Below, one piece after another: positions 30,928-38,889 of a stretch of DNA of 64,000 nucleotides (position 1 is the stretch's first letter; each line of letters starts with the position of its first letter). The notes beneath the pieces are model-generated. The model was not told where the DNA came from. It made no database searches and saw only the letters and a program-made list of their open reading frames with translations. Source of the stretch: Vulcanimicrobiota bacterium (GTDB lineage Bacteria; Vulcanimicrobiota; Vulcanimicrobiia; Vulcanimicrobiales; Vulcanimicrobiaceae); contig CAWGBN010000006.1 of the NCBI GenBank assembly GCA_963820825.1, forward strand, positions 160,001-224,000. Reading direction: 5' to 3'. Made by a program: the position numbers and the translations under genes.

Positions 30928-32043
30928 TTATTGTCGCAACGGCATCAGCACGTAGAGCTGCTGCCCCGTTTCGAGCGGTTCGAGCGGCCGAATCGCCGCC
31001 GGCGAGAGCGGCCCCAGAAACTCAATCGCGGTCTTTTCGCTCTTGATATGGTTGAGAATCTCGACCAGATAGCGCGCGTTGAAGGCGATGGTGAGATCTT
31101 CGCCGGTCTGCTCGACTTCGAGCTCCTCATACGCGTTGCCCGATACGTCGGAGCTCGCGGTGACGATCAGCGTCTGATTCGCGACCGCCAGCTTGACCAT
31201 GCTGGCGCGATCCCCGGCGACGAGTTCGGCACGGCGCAGGCTGCCGATCAGCTGGGCGGTGCTCACCGTGATCGACCGGTCGAATTTCGCGGGAATGACC
31301 TGCTGGTAGTTCGGGTACTGGCCGTCCACGAGGCGGACCGTGATCGACACGTCACCGCTGCTCATCTGTAGCTGATTACTCTGCGCGCCGAGCGCGCTGA
31401 TCGCGATCTCTTCACCCGCTCCGAGATTACGCGCGGCCTCGGCGAGCGCTCGCGAGGGCACAATGAACTTCTCGCTGCCGTCGGGCCCGTTGTCGAGCGT
31501 GGTGGCGAACTTGGCAAGGCGGTACCCGTCGGTCGCGACCATCGTCATCGCGTTTCCGTCGACCTCGAGCAGCGTCCCCATAAGGACCGCTCCGCGCGCC
31601 TCCTCGCTCGATGCGGCGAAGATCGTCGCCTCGATGCCGTCACGGAAGCGCTTCGCCGCAATCGCGAACTGCGCCCCACGCGCCGCGGCGGGCAGCGGCG
31701 GATACTCGTCGGCGGGGAGCGCGTGAAAATCGTAGTTGCTGCGCTCGCACTTGACGCTCGCGCGCGTCGGCGTGCCGGTGAACTCGAGCGTACCCGGAGC
31801 GAGATTCCCCAGATAGCTGGCAAAGAGTTTGGCAGGCACCGTTACCGAACCGCCTTCGGCGACCTGCGCCGAAAAGGCGTGTTCGAGCGTCAGCTCGAGA
31901 TCGGTGGCGCGCACGGAAATCTTTCCGCCCTCGCCTTGGAGCAGCACGTTGGAGAGGATCGGCACCGTCGTGTGCGCGTTAACCACCTTGCTGGCGGCTC
32001 CGACGGCCGTCGCGATGTCCTTCGTAGCGCAGGTGAATCTCAT
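30928..32043 (-). CDS. dnaN: DNA polymerase III beta sliding clamp
   Basis: PILSNVL, ATDLE, VATDGYRLA, GQYPNYQQVIP and IAFNARY motifs; C-terminal VLMPLR. ATG at 32043 (GTG at 32052 also possible). Confidence 0.97.
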   Translation of the reverse strand: MRFTCATKDIATAVGAASKVVNAHTTVPILSNVLLQGEGGKISVRATDLELTLEHAFSAQVAEGGSVTVPAKLFASYLGNLAPGTLEFTGTPTRASVKCERSNYDFHALPADEYPPLPAAARGAQFAIAAKRFRDGIEATIFAASSEEARGAVLMGTLLEVDGNAMTMVATDGYRLAKFATTLDNGPDGSEKFIVPSRALAEAARNLGAGEEIAISALGAQSNQLQMSSGDVSITVRLVDGQYPNYQQVIPAKFDRSITVSTAQLIGSLRRAELVAGDRASMVKLAVANQTLIVTASSDVSGNAYEELEVEQTGEDLTIAFNARYLVEILNHIKSEKTAIEFLGPLSPAAIRPLEPLETGQQLYVLMPLRQ

Positions 32044-32076
32044 CGTTTCCACCGTTGGTCGTAAGCGCGAGTTTTC

Positions 32077-32270
32077 CTAGTAGTAAAGAACGTAAGCCGT
32101 AGTAGCAGTAGGGCGGTGTATTCTGCGGACAACTCGGTAAACGCTCGCCTTAGCCAGGGTTTTTACCTTTGGATAACCCTGTGGAATCAGAGTCTACCCT
32201 ATGCACCGTTCCACGGCTCGGGAGTATTCGGGGAAGTATTCGTACCGGCAGGCGCACCTTGTGGGCAGAG
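32077..32270 (-). promoter_or_regulatory. oriC part 2: DnaA boxes plus DnaA-trio unwinding element
   Basis: Minus strand reads TTGTCCGCA-GAATACACC-GCCC-TACTGCTACTAC (32132-32099). Another box, TTTGGATAA, is at 32168-32176 (1 mismatch to TGTGGATAA). Confidence 0.85.
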
Positions 32271-32273
32271 TGT

Positions 32274-33626
32274 TCAGGGACTCTGACACATAACGATGAG
32301 CTGGCGAATCTTGTTTCGGTAGGCCTCGTCGCGCTGCATCTGCTCTTTAATTTTATCGCGCGCGTACATCACCGTCGTGTGATCTTTCTTTCCGAACTCG
32401 CGAGCGATCTGCGGCAGTGAATAGGTCGTGAGCTCGGTCGCGATATACATCGCGATCTGCCGCGGTGCGGCGAGCCGTTGATCCCGCCGCCCGTTGTCCA
32501 TCTCTTTGACGGTCAAGCCGTGGGCGCTCGAGACGGTCTCTTTGATCTTGGCGATCGTGATCCGGTAGAGGGGTGCCTGAGCGACCGCGCTCTTAAGTAC
32601 GTCGGCGGCCAGGTCGGTGGTGATCGGCGCCTTGGTCAGCGAAGCGTATGCAATAACGCGGATTAAGGCCCCCTCGAGCTCGCGAATGTTCGACGGAATC
32701 ACCTTAGCGATAAACGAGGTCACCTCGTCGGGCACCGGGATGTTCTCGCTCCCGGCCTTCTTTCGGAGAATCGCTTCGCGCGTCTCTAGGTCGGGCGCTT
32801 GAATGTCGGTGAGCAATCCCCATTCGAAGCGCGAACGAAGCCGCGCCTCGAGCGTCTGGATCTCCTTGGGCGGACGATCGGACGAGATGATAAGCTGACG
32901 TCCCGATTCATGCAGCGCGTTAAACGTATGGAAGAACTCTTCTTGCGTCGTCTCTTTGCCGGCGAGGAACTGGATGTCGTCGATCAGCAGAACGTCGACT
33001 TGCCGGTAGCGATTGCGAAACTCGGGCGTGCGATTATTTTGCAGCGCGATGATGAACTCGTTGGTGAACTTCTCGCAGGTGACGTAAACGACGTTCGCCG
33101 CGAGGTTATCCTGAATCACGCGATGGCCGATCGCATGCATCAGGTGCGTCTTCCCTAAGCCGACGCCGCCGTAGAGGAAGAGTGGGTTATATGCGTGCGC
33201 CGGTGCGCCGGCGACCGCTTGCGCCGCGGCGTGCGCGAACCGGTTTGAGTTGCCGACGACAAACTCTTCGAAAGTATAACGAGCATTAAGGTTCGCTGCG
33301 CGGAAATCCTCAAGCGGGCGTGGCTGTAGGCCGGCGCCGCTTGCTCGCACGCTTTCGTTCGGCTCGGCGACCGAGAGCCGAAGCTCCACGCTCGTCCCGA
33401 AGAGCTCGCTCAAGACGCCGATCATCTGCGAGCGCAGCTTCGTGCCGACCCAATCCTGCGCGAACTTGCTGTGAACGGCGAGATGGAGCTCGTTGCCGTG
33501 TAACGATATGAAGCGGATGGGCTTAATCCACATCTCGAAGACCGGCTTCGAAAATGTCCGTTCCAAGGTGTCGAGTGCGGACTGCCACTGCTCGTTGGAG
33601 ATATCGGAGTTGATCGCAAGCGCCAT
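32274..33626 (-). CDS. dnaA: Chromosomal replication initiator
   Basis: YTFEEFVVGNSN, YNPLFLYGGVGLGKTHL, LLIDDIQF, RLRSRFEWGL and KDHTTV motifs. Confidence 0.99.
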   Translation of the reverse strand: MALAINSDISNEQWQSALDTLERTFSKPVFEMWIKPIRFISLHGNELHLAVHSKFAQDWVGTKLRSQMIGVLSELFGTSVELRLSVAEPNESVRASGAGLQPRPLEDFRAANLNARYTFEEFVVGNSNRFAHAAAQAVAGAPAHAYNPLFLYGGVGLGKTHLMHAIGHRVIQDNLAANVVYVTCEKFTNEFIIALQNNRTPEFRNRYRQVDVLLIDDIQFLAGKETTQEEFFHTFNALHESGRQLIISSDRPPKEIQTLEARLRSRFEWGLLTDIQAPDLETREAILRKKAGSENIPVPDEVTSFIAKVIPSNIRELEGALIRVIAYASLTKAPITTDLAADVLKSAVAQAPLYRITIAKIKETVSSAHGLTVKEMDNGRRDQRLAAPRQIAMYIATELTTYSLPQIAREFGKKDHTTVMYARDKIKEQMQRDEAYRNKIRQLIVMCQSP

Positions 33627-33755
33627 CCTGTGGTCCTCTTACAATAGCGTCTAGAAAAAGCACCACGCAGCGGACCCTTCCGATAGGAATTCGGGCTGCG
33701 CCACCCCCGTGAGGGCGCAACCACTTGGCTTAATGAAGCCTTGCTCCTGCGGATT

Positions 33756-33944
33756 CTATGCACGACTTTATACACTTATCCACAGATCAACGAGCACGCT
33801 ATTTCGCGGATTTTTCCGATTTATGAACGCCTATGACGGGAACCCGCACGAAGCTTGAATTCGTCGGCGGTATAAGGGCGGCTGGGGCTCCTAAACGTGG
33901 CTCAAGCCGACCTTCTCCACAACCTTGTCCACAGGTGTGGAAAG
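33756..33944. promoter_or_regulatory. oriC part 1 / dnaA upstream DnaA-box clusters
   Basis: TTATACACT 33768-33776, perfect TTATCCACA 33776-33784, TTCTCCACA 33913-33921, TTGTCCACA 33925-33933, TGTGGAAAG 33936-33944. Confidence 0.85.
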
Positions 33945-34262
33945 GCGGGTCCAGCCGCAGGGAGCGAGCTAGCAAGCCAATGGCCCCCGAAGCCGGGTAG
34001 GTGACTCAAGTTTTTTGAATTGGCCGCTCGAAGCTGGAGGACCTGATCCCACCGAAACCCGCGAAACACTATCCAGCAAAGGACGACAATGGTTAAGACG
34101 GCCGGTGACCCGCCAACCTGGTCGTTGTGGGCACGGGGCGGACCGGCCGCTGCTTGGTAGTTGTACAGAGGGAGCACGGCCGGCCCGTCCGACACTCTTC
34201 TACCCTCGTTGCCCGGAGACCGGGCAAGGAGATGGCGCGGCGCCGCGCGGCCTCGCCCTCCG

Positions 34263-34290
34263 TTGCATTTTTGCTCGCCTTTGGTACAAT
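34263..34290 (+). promoter_or_regulatory. Sigma70-type promoter of rpmA (near-leaderless)
   Basis: TTGCAT-16 bp-TACAAT with extended TG; ATG is 10 nt after the -10 and there is no Shine-Dalgarno. Confidence 0.65.
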
Positions 34291-34299
34291 GGCCCGGCT

Positions 34300-34578
34300 A
34301 TGTTCGACTTCGATCTCCAGCTTTTTGCCTCGAAAAAGGGCGCCGGCTCAACCCGCAACGGCCGGGATTCCAATGCCCAGCGCCTTGGCGTGAAGCGTTT
34401 CGGCGGCGAGCGCGTCCTCGCCGGAAACATTATCGTCCGGCAGCGGGGTACGCGCTTCTATCCGGGCTCGAACGTCGGCATCGGCCGCGATCATACGCTC
34501 TTCGCGCTCACCGACGGAGTCGTGGAGTTCAGTAGTCACAGCGACCGCAAGCACGTTTCGATCGTACCGGCGGCGTAA
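34300..34578 (+). CDS. rpmA: 50S ribosomal protein L27 with N-terminal extension
   Basis: [32 protein letters not shown]...IIVRQRGT...GRDHTLFAL. Confidence 0.97.
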   Translation: MFDFDLQLFASKKGAGSTRNGRDSNAQRLGVKRFGGERVLAGNIIVRQRGTRFYPGSNVGIGRDHTLFALTDGVVEFSSHSDRKHVSIVPAA

Positions 34579-34599
34579 CGTCGGCCGGTTCTCGCAAAC

Positions 34600-34624
34600 G
34601 GGGCCGTTTGGCCCCTTTTTGTTT
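34600..34624 (+). terminator. Intrinsic terminator between rpmA and obgE
   Basis: GGGGCC-gttt-GGCCCC followed by TTTTTGTTT. Confidence 0.7.
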
Positions 34625-34644
34625 CGCGGCGAAGCGTAGCGGCC

Positions 34645-35910
34645 GTGCAGTTCATCGACGAAGCGACGATTACGGTCGCCGCGGGAGACGGCGGCGACGG
34701 CATCGTGGCGTGGCGTCGTGAGAAGTACGTGCCCAAAGGCGGCCCGGCCGGCGGCGACGGCGGTCACGGCGGAAGTATTTACATCGAAGCGACGCCCGAG
34801 CTCTCGACGCTCGTCGAGTTTCGATTTCGCCGGAGCTTCTCGGCCGAGTCCGGCAAACCGGGCGGCACGTCGAACAAATCGGGTCGCAGCGGCGAGGATT
34901 TAACCGTTGCCGTTCCGGTTGGGACGCTCGTCTTCAAGATTCGTGATGACGGCGATGAGGAGGCCGTCGCCGATCTCAACCGAGCCGGTGCGCGCGTCGT
35001 CGTCGCAAGAGGCGGGCGCGGCGGCCTCGGCAATCAACACTTTGCAACGAGCGTTCGTCAGGCGCCGCGTTTCTCCGAAAATGGTGAGCCCGGCGAACGC
35101 TTGACGTTGCGTCTCGAACTGCGGCTGCTCGCCGACTGCGGGATCATCGGCGTTCCCAACGCCGGAAAGTCGACGTTGCTCTCGGTGGTCTCGGCGGCGC
35201 GTCCGAAGATCGCAGATTATCCGTTTACGACGCTCGAACCGCAGCTCGGCGTCGTGCGCGTTTCGGAAGACGAGTCGTTCGTCATGGTCGACGTCCCCGG
35301 TTTGGTCGAGGGAGCGCACGCAGGAGTCGGGTTGGGCGACCAGTTCCTCAAGCACGTCGAACGTACGCGCGCGCTGGTGCACTTGCTCGATGGAGCAAAG
35401 CCGCTCGACGAGATCCTCGCCGAGAAAGCGACGATCGAGAGCGAGCTCGCCGCCTGGAATCCGCGGTTGCGCGAAAAGCCGACGCTGCTCGCGATCAACA
35501 AGCTCGATCTGCCCGACGCGCGCGAGTCGTTCGTGCAACTACAGCAGCGCTTCCCGGAAATTCGGGGAATCAGCGCGGCAACCGGCGAGGGCGTACGCGA
35601 TTTGATCCTTGCGATTGCACGAACGATCGAGCGCGCTCCGATGCCCGGGGTCGTCTCGCCCGCGCCTGCCCGCATCGAGCTCACCGCACCCGACGCGTTC
35701 CGGATCGAACGCGATCCCGACGGGAGCTTCGTGATCTCGGGCGAGCGCGTCGAGCGGCTCGCGGCGATGACGAACTTCGAATCGGATGAGGCTTTGGCGC
35801 GCTTCGAGCGCGCGCTGGAGCGGATGGGGGTCGAGAAACGGCTGAGCGAGCTCGGGGCGGTCGAAGGGGATACCGTGCGCATCGGGCCGTACGAGTTTAC
35901 TTACTCATGA
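34645..35910 (+). CDS. obgE: GTPase ObgE
   Basis: FIDEA, GGPAGGDGG, GVPNAGKSTLL, KIADYPFTT, DVPGL and NKLD motifs; C-terminal OCT domain. Confidence 0.97.
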   Translation: MQFIDEATITVAAGDGGDGIVAWRREKYVPKGGPAGGDGGHGGSIYIEATPELSTLVEFRFRRSFSAESGKPGGTSNKSGRSGEDLTVAVPVGTLVFKIRDDGDEEAVADLNRAGARVVVARGGRGGLGNQHFATSVRQAPRFSENGEPGERLTLRLELRLLADCGIIGVPNAGKSTLLSVVSAARPKIADYPFTTLEPQLGVVRVSEDESFVMVDVPGLVEGAHAGVGLGDQFLKHVERTRALVHLLDGAKPLDEILAEKATIESELAAWNPRLREKPTLLAINKLDLPDARESFVQLQQRFPEIRGISAATGEGVRDLILAIARTIERAPMPGVVSPAPARIELTAPDAFRIERDPDGSFVISGERVERLAAMTNFESDEALARFERALERMGVEKRLSELGAVEGDTVRIGPYEFTYS

Positions 35911-36524
35911 GAGTCGGCGTCTTCGGCGGTACGTTCGATCCGATTCACAACGCGCATTGCTTCGTTGCGGAGTCGGCGCGTCTGCTCGAGCGGCTCGACC
36001 GCGTGCTCTTCGTTCCGACCGGCACCCATCACTATCGCAACAAGGCGCAGGCCGATGCGGCGCACCGCTGCGCGATGATTCTCGGCGCGATCGAAAGCAA
36101 CGACGCATTCGAGCTCGACGATACCGATCTGCGCGAGAAGGCGAGCGGCTACACCGCCGACCTCCTGCCGCTGCTGCACGCAAAGTATCCGGACTCGAGT
36201 TTTACCTTCATCATCGGTGCCGATTCGCTGGTCAACGCGAACTGGGTTCGGCTCGACGAGGTCGTCGAATCGCTCGAGCGGTTCGTGATCGCGCCGCGTG
36301 CCGGCGTGCAGTGGGACGCGCTCGCGCGCGTTATCGATGCGATCGCGCCGGCGCTGCGCGAGCGCGTCGCAACGCTCAACCTTCCGGAGATACCGGAATC
36401 GGCCAGTCTGGTCCGCAGCCTGCTGGCGCAAGGACGGAGCGTTCGATATCTCGTTCCCGAGCCGGTCTGGCGGTACGTCGTCGCGCACCGGCTCTACGGC
36501 TTTACCGGCGATGGCGCGGCGTAG
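35907..36524 (+). CDS. nadD: Nicotinate-nucleotide adenylyltransferase
   Basis: GVFGGTFDPIHNAH, FIIGADSL and LVPEPVWRY motifs. Confidence 0.93.
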   Translation: MRVGVFGGTFDPIHNAHCFVAESARLLERLDRVLFVPTGTHHYRNKAQADAAHRCAMILGAIESNDAFELDDTDLREKASGYTADLLPLLHAKYPDSSFTFIIGADSLVNANWVRLDEVVESLERFVIAPRAGVQWDALARVIDAIAPALRERVATLNLPEIPESASLVRSLLAQGRSVRYLVPEPVWRYVVAHRLYGFTGDGAA

Positions 36525-36930
36525 CGCGAGCATCGCACTCGGTGCGTTGCTGGCGGTCGCAGCATCGGGATGCTCGACGACGCAGTCGCCGGACGATGGC
36601 GCCCTCTGCGACGCGTACACGTCGGGGCGCTCGCACGTCGAAGTGGTTGCCGACGGAACGGTAACGCGCGTCTTGGGCATGCAGCAAGGGCGCGTGAGTC
36701 CGCACGAAGGCTTCCTCTTCCGGCTCGCCTCCGGCTGCGACGTCATCGTTCGCGTCGAGGCGAACACCAATTTTACGGGTCCGATTCCGATTACGCAGGG
36801 CGCTCGCGTCACCGTCAAGGGCGAGTACGAATACTATCCGCTCGGCGGCGTGATTCACTGGACGCATCGCGACCCGCGCGGCCGCCACGAAGGCGGCTAC
36901 ATCGAGACCGGCGGCAAGCTCTATTTCTAG
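36511..36930 (+). CDS. DUF3465-like lipoprotein
   Basis: AASGC lipobox; KGEYEY...GGVIHWTHRDPRGRHEGGYI motif. Confidence 0.8.
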   Translation: MARRSASIALGALLAVAASGCSTTQSPDDGALCDAYTSGRSHVEVVADGTVTRVLGMQQGRVSPHEGFLFRLASGCDVIVRVEANTNFTGPIPITQGARVTVKGEYEYYPLGGVIHWTHRDPRGRHEGGYIETGGKLYF

Positions 36931-36931
36931 C

Positions 36932-37540
36932 GTGCCGCTCGCGCGAATCGTTCTGGCGAGCGCGTCGCCTCGCCGCAACGAGCTCTTGCGCTCGCTCGGC
37001 CTTGCCGTCGAGGTGGCGGCCACGGGCTACGATGAGGCGCCGGTGCCGCTGCCGCCCGCCGAGCTCGCGAGCTTTCACGCCGCGGCAAAGCTGCGAGCGG
37101 CGATGGCGCGCCGGCCTCAGCTCGAGGATCTGATGCTCGCCGCCGACACCGTGGTCGACCTGGACGGCACCGCGCTTGGAAAGCCTCAGGACCCGGGCGA
37201 AGCCGTTGCCATGCTGACGAGTCTTTCGGGGCGGGAGCATCTCGTCCACACCGCGTTCGCGCTCGCGATTCCGGGCAGCGACTCGCCGACGGAGGAGCGT
37301 GCAACGACGCGCGTGCGCTTCTATCGGCTCCAACCCGAGGAGATCGACGTCTACGTAGCGAGCGGAGAGCCGTTCGACAAGGCGGGCGGCTACGGAATTC
37401 AGGGAGGAGCGGCGGCGTTGGTCGAGGCGATCGACGGCGACTTTTACACCGTGATGGGCTTGCCGCTGGGCCGATTGGTTCGCGCGTTGCGACGGTTAGG
37501 ATTCGCCCTCCCGGTACCGAATCAAGCGCGCCTGGCATAG
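36932..37540 (+). CDS. maf: Maf family nucleotide pyrophosphatase
   Basis: LASASPRR, AADTVV, LGKP, DKAGGYGIQG and VMGLP motifs. Confidence 0.95.
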   Translation: MPLARIVLASASPRRNELLRSLGLAVEVAATGYDEAPVPLPPAELASFHAAAKLRAAMARRPQLEDLMLAADTVVDLDGTALGKPQDPGEAVAMLTSLSGREHLVHTAFALAIPGSDSPTEERATTRVRFYRLQPEEIDVYVASGEPFDKAGGYGIQGGAAALVEAIDGDFYTVMGLPLGRLVRALRRLGFALPVPNQARLA

Positions 37541-37577
37541 CCGTTTCCGCCGCACCGTAGAAATTCGGGGTCGAACA

Positions 37578-38381
37578 ATCTTTACGTATCGAGACGAACG
37601 CAGAATCTTCGCGCTGATCGCCATCATCATCGTTGCGGCGCTCTTGGCGCTGCTGCAGATCGGCGCGCAACGCTCGGGTTCGGTCAGTCCGATCGCGACG
37701 GTCGCGAGTTCGCTCTTCGGCGTCGCCGAAACGGCGGTCGTCGCCACCGTGCGTGCCGTCCGCGCCGCCGGAACCGCGGTGCTCGCGCTACCCGGTCTGG
37801 AATCGGAGAATGCCGCGCTGCGCGCCCGAAATCGCCTGCTGACGCAGGAGAATGCGCGGCTGCACGAGCTGGCGGCCGCTTACGCCGCCGAGAGCGCGGT
37901 GCGTCCGGTCGTCGATCTCTATCACGGGGTCGAGGCGCGCGTCATCGGCTTTCCGCCCGAGAACGAGTCGCGTTCGGTGACGATCGACAAAGGGTCGCGT
38001 CAAGGCGTGCGCCGCAACGACGGCGTGCTCGCTGCCGACGGCGTGGTCGGCCGCATCTCGGCAGTCGGACCGTTCTCGAGTACCGTCGTCCTTGCCACCG
38101 ATTACACGAGTCGCCTTCCGGCGATCGTGCGGCGAGGACGCTGGTGGGGCATCGCGCGCGGCAATCTCACCAGCATCGTCGTGGAGTACATTCCGCAGGA
38201 TGCACCGCTGCACGTCGGGGACGTCGTCGTAACCGGAGAGGGCCGATCGTTTCACTCCGGCGTTCCGATCGGCGAAGTGAGCTCGATCGAGCGCGGCGAC
38301 GCGACGCTCTATCAAACCGCCGTCTTGAAGACGTTCGTCGATTTCGGTGCGCTCGATCGCGTTGTCGTCGTCTCGCAGTAA
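37578..38381 (+). CDS. mreC: Rod shape-determining protein MreC (start uncertain; possibly ATC at 37578)
   Basis: TM helix, coiled coil LESENAALR, IDKGSRQGV, GVVGRI and GDVVVTG..GVPIG motifs. Confidence 0.88.
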   Translation: MFTYRDERRIFALIAIIIVAALLALLQIGAQRSGSVSPIATVASSLFGVAETAVVATVRAVRAAGTAVLALPGLESENAALRARNRLLTQENARLHELAAAYAAESAVRPVVDLYHGVEARVIGFPPENESRSVTIDKGSRQGVRRNDGVLAADGVVGRISAVGPFSSTVVLATDYTSRLPAIVRRGRWWGIARGNLTSIVVEYIPQDAPLHVGDVVVTGEGRSFHSGVPIGEVSSIERGDATLYQTAVLKTFVDFGALDRVVVVSQ

Positions 38382-38889
38382 GCCGCACGAAGCACCCTTT
38401 GTCGGGCCGCCCTGGTATGTAGCCGGGGCGTGGCTCGTCGGCGCGGTCGTGGCCCAGGCGACGGTCGTGCATTACCTGGCCGTGCGCGGCGTCGTGCCGA
38501 GCTTCGTCTTGGCCGTCGTCGTCTGGTATGCGATTCGAGTCGACGTTCGCCGCGCCGCGCTCTACGGTTTGGTCGCCGGCCTCTGCGAAGACGCGCTCTC
38601 GTCGCAGACCGGTGCGGCATGGACGATCTCGACCTGCATCAGCGCGTTGCTCGCCGGCGTTCTCTCGCGCGGATTCTTTGCCGACTCGATTCCGCTGGCG
38701 ACCGCCATTACCGTCGTCGCGACGCTCGTGCGCGCGCTGCTCTTCTGGGTCGTGATGGCACTTGCCGGATATCCGTCGGGCCTGGGTTCGATGCATTTTC
38801 GCGAGGCGCTGTTCCAAGCGGTCCTCAACGCGGCGGTAATTCTCGCAGCGATGCTCGTCGTTCGCCGCCTCGACGTATCGCGCACGTGA
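38347..38889 (+). CDS. mreD: Rod shape-determining protein MreD (start uncertain)
   Basis: Five hydrophobic helices; GVVPSFVL and GLVAGLCED motifs; lies between mreC and mrdA. Confidence 0.85.
   Translation: MRSIALSSSRSKPHEAPFVGPPWYVAGAWLVGAVVAQATVVHYLAVRGVVPSFVLAVVVWYAIRVDVRRAALYGLVAGLCEDALSSQTGAAWTISTCISALLAGVLSRGFFADSIPLATAITVVATLVRALLFWVVMALAGYPSGLGSMHFREALFQAVLNAAVILAAMLVVRRLDVSRT

Noticed and set aside
33950..34260. Assignment as 6S, SRP, RNase P RNA or tmRNA
   Set aside because: I could not find their diagnostic motifs by eye; left as an unassigned candidate.
34015..34299. 95-aa N-terminal extension of L27 in the ORF track
   Set aside because: No L27 similarity; a promoter immediately precedes the ATG at 34300.
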